Assembly (NCBI RefSeq): GCF_006345805.1
Contig: NC_043002.1
Span: 60,698,001 to 60,762,000 of the forward strand
Direction: 5' to 3'
Source of the DNA: Octopus sinensis
Lineage: Eukaryota
DNA length: 64,000 nucleotides
The translations under genes and the position numbers were made by a program. The notes beneath the pieces are model-generated. The model worked only from the letters and a program-made list of their open reading frames with translations. It had not been told where the DNA came from and ran no database searches. Below are positions 13,677 to 26,548 of the stretch, one piece after another. The first letter of the stretch is position 1; every line of letters starts with the position of its first letter.

Positions 13677-14615
13677 CACTGGTCAACAGCGAAATTTCAT
13701 CAGGGATATTATATGATGTTTTATATGTAATTTTGTCCGCAGATTTCAAAAATGCAATCGGTTTTCTTCTATCAGGCACAGATTTTCTGATGAGATAAGG
13801 GAGGTATATAACTCACATCAGCAATATCGCTACACGTAAACGTCTTATACAGGTAATTTCTGACTTCTGGTTTATACATTTGTGTATTCATTTTCTAATC
13901 TTATTTTTTCATAATCTTTTCTTTACATAAATTTTACTTTCTCTTTAAGGTGACAAGTCATCATCATCATCAAATTCTACTCAGGATGTCAAGGCATTGC
14001 AAGAACAGTCCTGATATATTTTGTCATGTCTGTGATTCATTTATCACCAAAGCTCAACAATGTGCCATCACAAGTGAAATCAAGATCTACATGTTATACT
14101 TTGGCTGCTCTCTCGGGGATCAAGCTAAGAGTTGGGCCCCGCACATCATCTACTCAGCTTGTTCAAATGGACTAAGGGATTGGCTAAATAAGAGGAAGCG
14201 AGCAATGTCGTTTGCAATACCTGTGATATGGAGAGGGCCTCTCCATGGAATTTTTGAAGAAAATACTACTGCTGTGGAAGACATCCAAGTGGATGCAGAT
14301 TACACGACTGACAATGAAGACGTACCACAGAAATTTTTTCAAGGAGAGTTATATGATTTAGTTAGAGACTTGTCTTTGTCAATGGATAAAGCTGGACTAT
14401 TAGCATCTCGCCAACAAGAAAAATGTTTGCATTACTCATTTCAGGAAGAGATATAGGGATCTGACTTTATGCTTCTCTGTTGATGGAACACTTTTTTTAG
14501 TAATAACATAGATGAGCTATTTCGCTGTTTGTTCCAAGAGCATGTTCCAGCTGAATGGTGCTTATTCTTTGATTCATCTAAGAGAAGCCTCAAGGCAGTA
14601 CTACAACACATCTGA
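13677..14615 (+). mobile_element. DNA transposon relic, Chapaev3-like (CMC): left end plus 5' part of transposase
   Basis: Starts CACTGGTCAACAG; peptides CKNSPDIFCHVC, YFGCSLGDQAKSWAPHI, FAIPVIWR and, frameshifted, EWCLFFDSSKRSLKAVL; family name from my recollection of these motifs. Confidence 0.7.
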
Positions 14616-14619
14616 TGAT

Positions 14620-15240
14620 TACAAGTACTTATAACCAATCTCTTGGAAGATACCACTCCTGATTTCTATTGACCCTAAAGTTCTTCCATATGTGTCAGAT
14701 AAAAAAAAAATGGCTATAAGTACTTCTGTCTGCTTCATAGCCTTCCCCTTATGGTATCGCTAAACCGTCCATACATTTGATTTTTGCCTCTCTTCAAGAA
14801 TAACACACTACACCTTTTCAGTCAGAACTACATTCTGAGATCAGCACTAAAAGTATACACCTTACCAAAGAGGGAAATGACTTGGGATTCATCTTAACTA
14901 TAAAGTTTGTGGTCATAAATGAGAAACAAATGGTGTACTTTTTGTTGGCGGCTTTTGAATACATACCCAGCATTTGCTTTCTTCAGAATCAGTGCTAGTG
15001 ATATCAAGCATAGTACAAAGGTCAGTGGAGATAGGCAGTCCCCTTGGAAGATACCCCTCTTGATCCTAAACTTCTCCCATATGCTGTCAGTCCCCTCCTC
15101 CACTTTGCTATACTTTTTCCAAGCAATCGTTTAACATTCGATCAAATACCAAATAGTTCATACATTCCATACTCCAAGAATGTGGAATTATATTACGACA
15201 ACCGATCCATGACATGGCTGAATTAGTTTTCCTCCTCTTG
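14620..15240 (-). mobile_element. Older R4/Dong-like LINE RT fragments (rearranged)
   Basis: IKRGIFQGDCLSPLTFVLCL...KVHHLFL, IPHSW, a second LGSIEIRSGIFQ and GYKYL. Confidence 0.8.
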
Positions 15241-15269
15241 CAGTCTACCAGGAGTTGATCCTTGGTACC

Positions 15270-15570
15270 TCTTTTGATCCAGTAACCTCGACCTCCATGT
15301 CGTCCCTCCTAAAGGTTAATATATCCGGCCTTTGTTACTCTAACACTCTCTCTGTCTAAAAATCAAAATCCGAAATAATTTCTGCCTTCCGCTATTCTTC
15401 CATTTCCTTTTCCAGTGTATTTTGGTGCCAAGTACATGTAACCTCATATTTATACTTACGACATAGTAACCAGGGGAGATTTTGGGCTACCTTGTCGTGT
15501 CTACGCTTGTATACTTTTTGTGCAAGACTTTCACACGCACTAACAATGTGAATCACGCATACTGTAGCAG
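15270..15570 (-). mobile_element. RLE-type LINE C-terminus (zinc knuckle remnant plus PD..D endonuclease region)
   Basis: HIVSACESLAQKVYKRRHDKVAQI; later frameshifted TDRVL..RPDI. Confidence 0.8.
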
Positions 15571-15743
15571 TTCTTCTTCTTCTTCTTCTTCTTCTTCTTC
15601 TTCTTCTTCTTCTTCTTCTTCTTCTTCTTCTTCTTCTTCTTCTTCTTCTTCTTCTTCTTCTTCTTCTTCTTCTTCTCTTCTTCTTCTTCTTCTTTTCTTC
15701 TTCTCTTCTTCTTCTTCTTCTTCTTCTTCTTCTTCTTCTTCTT

Positions 15744-15773
<30 letters not shown>
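15571..15773. repeat. (TTC)n/(GAA)n microsatellite, ~200 bp
   Basis: Read directly. Confidence 0.97.
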
Positions 15774-15774
<1 letters not shown>

Positions 15775-18700
15775 GGTGGTATGATCTCTTGTTTGTATTT
15801 GTCAGCTTCCTTAAATACCTAGAACAGTTTTTTTGTTTTGCTCGTGTTTTGCCGCTATTTGTATCAGTTCTCCTTGCTTCTGAAGTAGATATTTTTGCAG
15901 TCCTATGGTGCTTATTTTATAATAGTTTTCCAGTTGTATAAGGCCTCTACCACCTTCTATATATTATATATATAGACTTTCTATGTCAGATTTTGGGTGA
16001 TACATCCTAGATCCTGTCATTATTTTTCTTGTTTCTATATTGATTAGTTCATTTAGTGTCCAGTTAAGGATATCGTAGCTGTAACATATAACTAGGGCGG
16101 CTAAAGTGTTGATACCTATTATCTTGCTTTTAGCATTGAGGTCTGTTTTTAGTATTGATCTCACTCGTCTATAGTATTCTTTCTTTATTTTCCCTTTCAT
16201 TTGTGCGTTTTGTATCTTATCTAGTTCATGGATTCCTAAATATTTGTAAGTTTGGCTTTAATTCTCTTATATCGTTGGCTTTATCTAGTGCGATGTTGCT
16301 ACTCTTAACTACTTTCCCCCTTTTGAGGGTTAATTTGGGGCATTTTTCTAATCCAAATTTCATATCTATTTCTTTGGTAAATCCAAGAACTGCCTGTAGT
16401 AGTGTTTCCAGCTGTTTGTCAGTTGTAGCGTATAGTTTTAGTTCATCCATATATAAAAGGCGACTGATCGCTTTGCCGTAACATTTGTATCCGCATCCAG
16501 TTCTATTTAGCATATCAGATAGAGGTGTCAGTGCCAAGCAGAGAAAGAGTGGAGAGAGCATGTCTACCTGGAATATCCCTCTTCTAATGGGGATGGCTTT
16601 GGTTTTCACGAGTCCCTCTTTTATTTGGAGCTGTAGCACTGTCTACCATTTATTCATAGAGTGTCTTATGTATTTTATAATTGTTGGTGCTACCTTGTTA
16701 ATGGCTAGTGTTTCGAGGATCCACGTCTGGGGAATGCTATCAAATGCCTTTCGGTAGTCGATCCAGGCCATACTGAGGCCTTTCTTCTTTCTGCGGCTGT
16801 CTTCAGTTATGGCTTTATTGATCATTAGTTGATCTTTGCAGCCATATGAGCCCTTGCAGCATCCTTTCTACTCTTCTGGGAACAGTTTGTTTTCGTCCAG
16901 GTGCTTGTTCAATCTTTGCGATATTACTGCAGTAAGGGCTTTGTACATTGTAGGGAGACTCGTTATAGGTCTGTAGTTTTGTGGTTTTGCTGTTTCGTGG
17001 ATTTGGGAATTAAGATGGTTTTCCCTTTCGTGAGCCATTCAGGCATTTTCTATGGCTCTGCCAGTATGGCGTCAAAGTTTTCAGCCAGCTTTTTCTGCAT
17101 TCCTGTCAGATATTTCAATCAGAAGTTGGGGATCTTGTCGTGCCCAGGTGTCTTCCAGTTGCTTAGTCCTTGCAGTGCCTGAGTGACCTCTTCAGCTGTT
17201 ATGGGGGTCCAAAGTTGCTCAGGTGCTAAGTTTGCTGCTTTAATAGTCCTTTCCTGGAGTGTTCATTCGCCGACCTTTTTCTTTCCAAAATTCTTCCACT
17301 TCTGCCGTTGGTGCTGCAGTGATGTCTATTTTATTTTTGCCAAGTTCTTGGTAGAACTTTTTGGGGTTGGAGTTGGACTGTTTGTTTTGTTCAAAGAAAC
17401 GTTGGCGTTTTTCATACCGGCAGATCCTTTGTGCTTTGGCAGGAATATCTTGCTTTAGCTCTTCTTTTATCTCAGGTAAATCTTTCTCTGTGATGTTTTA
17501 TTTGCACAGTATATTTGTTTTCTTTTTGTTGCTTAGTAGTGTTGATTGTCGACTAATTTCGGGAAGAATCGACAGATCTTTTCTCATTTTTTGTATTTGG
17601 TTTTTGGATGTTATTTATCCACAGGGTTTGTTTGGGTGGTGGTACTCCGGTTTAGATGGGTTTGAGGGAGTATCAAGCTTCTTTTGTGGCGGCAGTGGCT
17701 GCTGCATATACTAAGTCATTTAGCTCAGTGACATTGCTATTTATTTCAGTGGCTATTAGTTCCGTGACGGCCAGGTTTATGCTATTTATTATTGATGTTG
17801 TTTTGTTGCCTATTTTGAATTTTTGGAGGTACGGTCGGTGATCCATTCTGAGATTTGTGGTTTTCAGTTCTTTGATTATTCTACTTTTTATAGTATCATA
17901 ATTATTTACTTTCCCTTCGTTGTTTCCAGGTTTTAGAGTTGTTTCGTTTTATTTCTCATTCGTATGTTTGTCTGTGGTGTTTTGTACATTATTTTGCATC
18001 GCTACGGTCTGGGTTTGTTTTTTTTCTTCTTTAATTCGGTTTTGTTGGAAATGTTACGTTTGTCTTCGTGTTTTACTATCTCAGTGTTTATATTATTTGG
18101 CATTGTTGTGTGGCTTCAATCTACATTTTCCTGATGTATCTTTTCTCTTAAATGTTCTGTTTCTATTTCTGATATTTTTTTTGCTAGTTTATTAGGTTTC
18201 ATTGCTGTATCCAAGTCTTTATTTAGGTTATTTTCCTTCCATATTTTATATGAATATGTTGATGTGTTTTCGTTCTTTGGGTAGAGCACTGCTGTAAAGT
18301 AAGCGTGTAGGATTGAAATCTATTCCTCACGTATCCATTATGCCCTTTTGGCTTTATTTGCGGGACATGAGGAACAACGTCCGGTCCTTTATTTTGACGG
18401 TCGTCATTTTCGTAGGATACCGGTCCGTTAATTTTTATTGTCACATTGTTTTGCACGTGTAGTTTTCCGTACTTTTTGTGTAACAAGTTTAAAGCAAGCA
18501 CCTCCCGATTGTTATTCTTGTGTTGAACAATACCGCTATTCTTTAATTTATTTGTAGTTCTTTTGTACATGGTGTTTGGGGCCGGAGATGGTCTGGTGTT
18601 GATGGATCGTAATGTATCAAGCATGTTTACATGTGTTATGCGAGAGGTGGAGATGATATTCAGTTAAAACACATCATTTCGTTTGGAAAATAGTGATAAA

Positions 18701-18848
18701 TTTCAATGAGTATTACTTACTCGGATATAGTCCAATCCTTTGTCAGCTATTTTTTGGTTCCATGCGATGTCTTTGTTTCCGATGTTTGTGGATAGATTTC
18801 GGAGTACAGTTTTATCGCTTTCATATGTTAAACGTACCCCGGTGTTCC
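15774..18848 (-). mobile_element. R4/Dong-clade non-LTR retrotransposon, long but frameshifted single ORF
   Basis: LSMAWIDYRKAFDSIPQTW, IRRGIFQVDMLSPLFLCLAL, ISRLLYMDELKLY, MKFGLEKC, KKEYYRRVRSILK, EGGRGLIQLE; N-terminal W..EE...AY motif; (TAA)n immediately upstream. Confidence 0.88.

Positions 18849-18907
<59 letters not shown>
18849..18907. repeat. (TTA)n/(TAA)n microsatellite
   Basis: Read directly. Confidence 0.97.
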
Positions 18908-19464
18908 GAGTGAGCGAGCAGAGCATGCCATCAAAGTGACACTGAAGTAAAATATACGAAGCCCAGTATACCCATCATGACTACCCGTCTGATAAGGGTA
19001 CACCAGGCACATGCATCACAACCATATGTGCGCGACATGGTGATCTCATATCAAGATAAACAGCACATGACCTTGCAGGTGGAGCCCAGTTAGAATTTTC
19101 TTCAGATCGAGTAACCCATCCTGCTCAAATGGTCCCTGAATAATGGTTGTTTAAGGACGTTGAACGAAACACCCATGATTCCAGAGGTGAATTATTCAAA
19201 CCCCAAAGAATCCTTCTCAACACATGGCTATGATGCTCCCCCACTACTTCTGCTCGTGATCAGAGATACACATATCGTCAGCCACTAAGGGACATGCTCA
19301 ACTGGTTAAGGTCAAACAACTGACAAGCAAATCTGTGGTATTGAGCAGAATATTTGCTGTAGCCCATCTTTTATACCAAGACAAAACAATGTACATGATA
19401 ACACTTCCAATCAGTTAAGATCAGAAGCCATGAGAGCCACTGCCTGGTACTGCATCAGGGCATC
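18908..19464. mobile_element. ~557-bp non-coding interspersed element flanked on both sides by (TAA)n
   Basis: Complex sequence bounded sharply by TTA runs; no A/B boxes, no ORF; I recognise it as a common octopus-type repeat but cannot name it. Confidence 0.6.
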
Positions 19465-19806
<342 letters not shown>

Positions 19807-21480
19807 GCCAAATTAGCACACACACTATCTCTTCGTTCTTCACTCGTTTATTAGTGCTCGTATTCGTGCTCATGAGTATTGTCCGGAAATCTTTCTCCAC
19901 AAATGTGTTCTCTTAGGTCACACTTTCCGTCTTCGAATGTGCTCTAGCTCTTCTTATATTTCTGTATTTCTATGTGTTAGAATAAGAACAGTAACCAACG
20001 AGTGAAAAGCGAATATTTAGTGCGTGTGATTATTTGGTAAAAGAAAACAATTACCATCCCGAAATACACAAAAATATTTGTTTCAACACTCGGCTTCACA
20101 TCAGGAATTTTGCAACACAAAATTCATAAACATAAAAAGTTAAAGGATTTACAATTTAATATGTTCCGGGAAATCTGAAGGCAAACCCGTTAATATCTGT
20201 TGTGTTGGTCTCTTCTTTACAATGCCTATGTTTTTACCTGATTTGTTAGTAAAAAGGATTTTGAGACACTGGTGTTTGGTATGTTGTATCTCATCTGCCA
20301 GAAGTACCGAATCTAACTGTAACCGACGTGTTACTTATAATTCCGAAGAAACTGTTGGCTCATCCCTGCTGGTATCGGCGAACTGAAAATAAATCTTTGC
20401 GTGGTAAACAGCCAGAATCAAAAGGACCACTTTGAAAAATTTATTCTAAGTAAGTTCCGGCAGATTTGATCACAGGTATCCCAACGACCGTTACGTTCGT
20501 CATAGGAGACCAACTTTTCATTTCCTATCGAATGTTACTGTTTACCGCGCAAATAAACAATTTATTATGGTATTTTCTGTTTCGCTTTTTGTTAGCTTTC
20601 GTTATCATACGTACTGATACCGTTTTTAGTGACACTATTATCTGATATTCAATATCCTGCTTATTTATTTTTCAAGCTCGTCATATTTAAATAAATTTGA
20701 TTTCCTTTATGGAAATTGTTTTCGATCAGAAACGATCAAGATATCTTCCAGAGTACTAATACATTCATTCCTGTCTTTGATCATCATCTGCCTTTATCTC
20801 TTCCCCAGTCTAGACACACACGTACCGGATTAACTGTCGTTTAGGATATTTCTGTACATGCATATCACTTCGGTTTCACATGAAGATGTCGGCATTTTGC
20901 CCAACGGGATTATTCATGACATCAGCGAATGTTTTATTCGCTACTTTCAATATCGGACGCAACGAATTGTCATGCAGGCGTGCCGCTGATTGCGAGTACA
21001 TATCACTGTGGAAATGACCCCACCAAAACCCGGAATACAGTTGGCGATTTCACTCCTGCTGAGGTCATTTCCCGTCTCCCTCCGATGTACATTGCATTTT
21101 GGACATAGTAGATCTTTAAGAATGTTATCACGGGAAAAATAACACAGTAACAGACCTGACAACGGTGTATATATATTAACTATGATATATAAATGGATAC
21201 ATAGATCCTTACTTACCATTTATTATTTACTTGCATCAGTCATTAGACAGCATCCAAACTTGAAGGTTTTAGTCAAACTGAAATATTTATTCTTTTGTAA
21301 GTTTGGTACTAATTCTATGGTGACTTTTTACCGAACTACTAGTTACAGGAACGTAAACAAACTAATACCAGTAGTCACAGGTTATCGATGACAAACACAA
21401 ACACTCACACATATCTACATACACTCTGCCATAGCCCCCAAACACATATGTACATATGTCTATATATATAGTTATATATA

Positions 21481-21581
<101 letters not shown>

Positions 21582-21627
21582 ATATATATAATATATATAA
21601 TATACACACATACATATATATATATGT

Positions 21628-21688
<61 letters not shown>

Positions 21689-21703
21689 GTAATCATATGT
21701 GTA

Positions 21704-21889
21704 TCGTTGGCGATTTTCTTCCTCTGGCTTCCTTTCGTTGGACTTTCCTCTATTCTGAAGAAGAGCTTTCCTCGAAACGTTAAATCATTTCTCCTTCCTT
21801 TCCTGGGCGTCTGATAATACAGTGCTTGTAGCACGTCCTCGCGTTATAGTTTTTTGTCTTGTTTGCTCTTCTTTCTTTGGATTAACTAC
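21704..21889 (+). mobile_element. ~185-bp PLE-terminal-repeat-like element with hammerhead motif
   Basis: Homologous to the 2624 and 40561 copies. Confidence 0.75.
21751..21785 (+). ncRNA. Minimal type I hammerhead motif
   Basis: tatt CTGAAGA A GAG ctttc CTC GAAA CGT T aaat; intact core, weak stem I. Confidence 0.6.
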
Positions 21890-21890
21890 A

Positions 21891-21973
<83 letters not shown>

Positions 21974-22089
21974 TATATATATACACACATACGCATATAT
22001 ATATATACATACATATACATATATACAATATTAGCAACTGGGAAGCGGTTGCCAGCAACAACAAGAACAACAACAACACACACACACAA

Positions 22090-22146
<57 letters not shown>

Positions 22147-22674
22147 ATTATTGGGTTAGGAAACAAAGAGATCTAATGGATACAAATCAATTATCAATTA
22201 ATCAACATAGTCACCAAAAATTGTTTCATTCACAATTAAAATTAAAATTACAAAACATATATAAATATATAATTTTGCATTTTGAATAACTTGCATGGAA
22301 TATCATCTGAGTGTACGGATCTTAATGTAATCTTTGTTGTCCTTTGTACACCCTGATGATTTGTATACCCTGATGAATTTCTATACAAGGCATTTAAAAT
22401 GCCAAATTATATATCTATATATGTTTGTAGTTTTAATTTTTTTTCGTGAAATGAATGAGGTATAGGAGAATATGTTGCTTAATTAATAAATTAATTTGTT
22501 TTTGTTAATCTCTCTGTTTTATAACTCGATAATAATGTTTGATATTTTACGATATATTATATAATGTAATCATTGAAGAAATATTTCTTCACATATAAAA
22601 TTTAAACCAGTGAATCTTGGATTTATATTTCCCTATAAGAGATTTAAATATCCTCAATGTGAGTATATATATAT

Positions 22675-22878
22675 ATGATGCGGAGAGAATCCCTGGAGAA
22701 GGACATCATGCTCGGAATGGTCCGTGGCAAGAGAGGAAGAGGCCGACCAAGAACCCGCTGGCTTGACACCATCAGGAGTGATACTGGAATGGACATGGCC
22801 AGTCTGAAGGAAGCGTCCCAGTATAGAACTGACTGGAGGACACTGATCGAACGAGTGACCGAGAGTCGACTTTAACTG
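22675..22878 (+). mobile_element. RTE (BovB-like) LINE 3' end, 5'-truncated, in a (TA)n run
   Basis: SLEKDIMLGMVRGKRGRGRPRTRWLDTIRSDTG...RTDWR..I.RVTESR is the characteristic RTE C-terminus. Confidence 0.88.
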
Positions 22879-23161
22879 AGCGGATATATATATATATATA
22901 TATAACTCGCGGATATATATATATATATATATAACTCGCTCTGAGATTTATCATTATATATATATATATATTTAAAAAAGATGTGGAACACGAGTTGTGA
23001 TATATAAAAAAGGAAATGAAGAAAATGCTGACAAAATAATTTAAGTAATTTAAGTAATTTAATTAGGTGAAAGTTCTTTTTACCGGTTGCGCATTTGTTA
23101 TTCTTATCAAAAGATGTTTTTTTAAGAGAGATAGAGTTCCTTCTGATAGATTTTTTCCTCT

Positions 23162-23208
<47 letters not shown>

Positions 23209-23285
23209 CATACACATACATACATATACATATACATATACACATACATACATACATACATACATACATACATACATACACATAC

Positions 23286-23353
<68 letters not shown>

Positions 23354-23712
23354 GGTTTCGAATTTGTCTAAATGTCTATAGGATAATATATCAGTTGAAT
23401 AAAGTTAGAACATGGTCTGGTTTTCATGTTTTGTTTATGTATTTCAACTTTGAAAAAATATTTTGTAATGCTCATAAAGTTAAATTAAATCTTTCATACA
23501 TAGCGAAATCATCAAATTTCAACTGTGTTTAACTGTCAGTTGAGTTCTTGACTTTATTACAAACCTTATTTAGAACGCTGCAGCAAGCTGAAATTTTAGA
23601 ATACATTTTTGCCCAATCCGCATGCATCTTAAGCATTACTGTTTGTTAGGCCTACCGATATTCTGAAATTTGTTTATATTTATATGCTAGAACTATTTAT
23701 TAATCCACATCA

Positions 23713-23920
23713 CTAACTGGTTGTTATATGATTGCTTTTATTTCCGTTCAGAACAGGTTTGAACATTTTAATAAACCGTTTTTCTTTCATCTTTCTTCCA
23801 ACCACACTTGTGTCATATAGTTTGTGGAAAGGAAAAATTAGAAACATTTCCTGAACATTGGTGTTCCGGATTTGTTGTGTCTGTCTGTCTGTGGAGTCAT
23901 CAGTGTTCCGATAATGCATT
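23713..23920 (-). mobile_element. PLE GIY-YIG endonuclease C-terminal fragment
   Basis: QQIRN...FLIFPFHKLY...RKMKEKRFIKMFKPVLN; resembles the 43850 relic. Confidence 0.7.
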
Positions 23921-23987
23921 CCCTGTATATATTCAAATGATATGTATATAAATATATATATATATATAGATAGATAGATAGATAGAT

Positions 23988-24037
<50 letters not shown>

Positions 24038-24189
24038 TCAGATTAATATGGTAGTTAAGTTGAGGCACCGGACTTTAGTACGGCATTATCCATACCATTT
24101 CAAAAATAGGTGATTAAAATCAAAATAAGCAACAAGGATAAGCAGAGGTAATGCAGTACGATCGTTTCATGCAACTTCATTTAATTGAA

Positions 24190-24330
24190 TAATGCAATCA
24201 TTACATCAATTTAAAATGTAGACCAATCTTCAGCTGCACAAATTTAATCAAATTAGAACAGATGGACACATTAGTATAATTATACATAAAATCTCCTAGA
24301 AGTTAGGGAGATAGACAAAGAACATGTACC
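24190..24330 (+). repeat. Dispersed copy of the 6920-7070 sequence, opposite orientation
   Basis: aatgcaatcattacatca and acagatggacacattagtataatt...atagacaaagaacatg are shared. Confidence 0.85.
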
Positions 24331-25799
24331 TACAACAGAATAGCAGTAACTATCTCCTTAACTTCTGACATTTGACACGTGATTTTAAGCATAATGTAAC
24401 ACTTCATCAATGCTATAGTTGTGTCTCTACAGAGGAAGATCGTAGACTTAACTTTTACATGTCATCGGAAAAATTAAGCCTAAACCATAACTGACGCGCA
24501 TTTACGACGCAAGCGAAGTTGACTCACAAAAGCAGCGCTTTGATTTCAGTGTCCGAAAATATTTCATCAAATGCTATCTACTCACACTCGATAACACTAT
24601 GGTAAGATTTGCAGCAATGGGCTAATTCTAATTCTAAGATAGCATTGATGTGGCAAGCACACACACACACACACACACCAACTCTCGTCTAAATAAAGGT
24701 TACTTGAGATATTAGTCTCACCAATTGCGTGCATTCTCTGGCGCACCGAGTCACTTTATGCTCTCTTTGCCTTTTCTATTATTCCTTGAGTTGTCTTTTC
24801 TGCTTCACAAACCTGAAGGGCTTCACACCATCTCCACTGAGAAACTTCCGCTGTATTTAGTCCATAAATATTTCTCCGCACATACATAGGAATATCACTG
24901 CGATCTGACCTTCCCTAACCGGATATCTACGCTGTAGATATCCTCTGCTGTACATCCTACAAAGTGTTGACTAATTACTTGTTTTACACACAGAAAGGAA
25001 TAACCATTTGGCCTGGTGCTTATGATAGCCTTCCATCCATGTTCAACAGTAACTAACACAATACTTGGCATAAAATTATCTAGTGAAAATGATTCTTACT
25101 AAATGTGAAATACCTGAAATATTTCTTATACTTCAGATAAACATTGCCACTGTTTCGGAATTGTGAATAATTTTGCTGTTAAGGAATTAACTAATCGTCA
25201 AACTATTCTGGTACTTTGAGAGTTTCTTGCTGAATTTCAAACAATTGCTAAAAGGCATGGTGTAGCATTACTTGGCGAAATGGAAAAAGCGAGACTAATA
25301 TAGCAGCAAATGTTGTTTATAGTCGTCTTATTGAATTTCTAAAAAAAGGACTACCCTACAGTCACATAGTTTTTTGTCTTACTAAAAGACGACAAAGTGA
25401 AAATAAATACTGCTTCTACTGTAATTCCAACGTCTACTGAAAATCAGAATCTTTCTTTCTGTGAAAAATAGATTATGATTCTGGGCCATGAGAATGGCTG
25501 AATCATATATACAGTTTCCGTTCTCTCTATGTACACGGATTTATGATTGATCCATACACAAGGCTTGTAAATCATATCTGAAACGTTTTCGTGATAAAAA
25601 GAATATGAAAATGGGTCGACAGATTCATGCATGGATTTTGAAGTTCTAAAGTAAGCGTGGGGTGGATAGGTTTCAAGAGACAGTTCAACGGAAACTTCGT
25701 GGTACCATATCACACACATATCATTTCTGGGATATATATAAATTTAGTATACATACACATATTGATCTTCAATAAGGGCATCACTACAGATATTTAGAA

Positions 25800-26060
25800 A
25801 TTTCCAATATTGATAGAAATGAAAATGGGAAACATTGAAGAAAAAGATGTATGGAAGGTGACGAAATATCTGTATGATCGTTCTGTTTCATCTGATGATG
25901 GAATGTTGCGTTTATGATGGTTTGAAAAACATGCATAATATCACAAAGTGTGTAAGCTTGCTGTACTCTAACCGCAAATAGAGTCTGCCAAGTCTCAAAC
26001 AAGTATGGTTAAGCAATAATTTGAGAGAATTCAAACGCACAGTACACATCAAATTGCTTC
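25800..26060 (+). pseudogene. Possible hAT transposase C-terminal (dimerisation) relic
   Basis: DGMLRL*WFEKHA*YHKVCKLAV resembles the D.L.WW..H...YP.L..LA pattern; heavily decayed. Confidence 0.3.
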
Positions 26061-26168
26061 TCACTGCTCGCTACTATGCCTCATAGAGAAAGTAAATGGA
26101 CAATTTGGTAAGCTGAGTTTATACTTGAAGTTTCTATTCCTTCTGGTTCCTTATGCTATAATCTTTGA

Positions 26169-26370
26169 TTACTCTTTTACTCTTTTACTTGTTTCAGTCA
26201 TCTGACTGCCGCCGTGCTCGAGCACCGCCTTTAGTCGAGCAAATCGACCCCAGGACTTATTCTTTGTAAGCCTAGTACTTATTCTGTCGGTCCCTTTTGC
26301 CGAACCGCTAAGATATGGGGACGTAAGCACACCAGCATCGGTAGTCAAGCGATGTGTGTGTGGGGGAGAA

Positions 26371-26402
<32 letters not shown>

Positions 26403-26548
26403 GCATATAAACGACGGGCTTCTTTCAGTTTCTGTCTACCAGATCCGCTCACAAGTTTTGGGTCGGCCCGAGGTTATAGTAGAAGACCCCCTCCCAAGGC
26501 GCCACGCAGTGGGACTGAACCCAGAAGCATGTGGCTGGTAAGTAAGCC
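26169..26548 (-). mobile_element. SINE family A
   Basis: B box GGTTCAGTCCC, shared body, (AAGAGTA)n tail. Confidence 0.85.

Noticed and set aside
13785-13830. CTGATGAG in the Chapaev-like element
   Set aside because: No GAAA core or stems follow
22340-22385. Twice-repeated ccctgatga
   Set aside because: Short local duplication with no matching GAAA half
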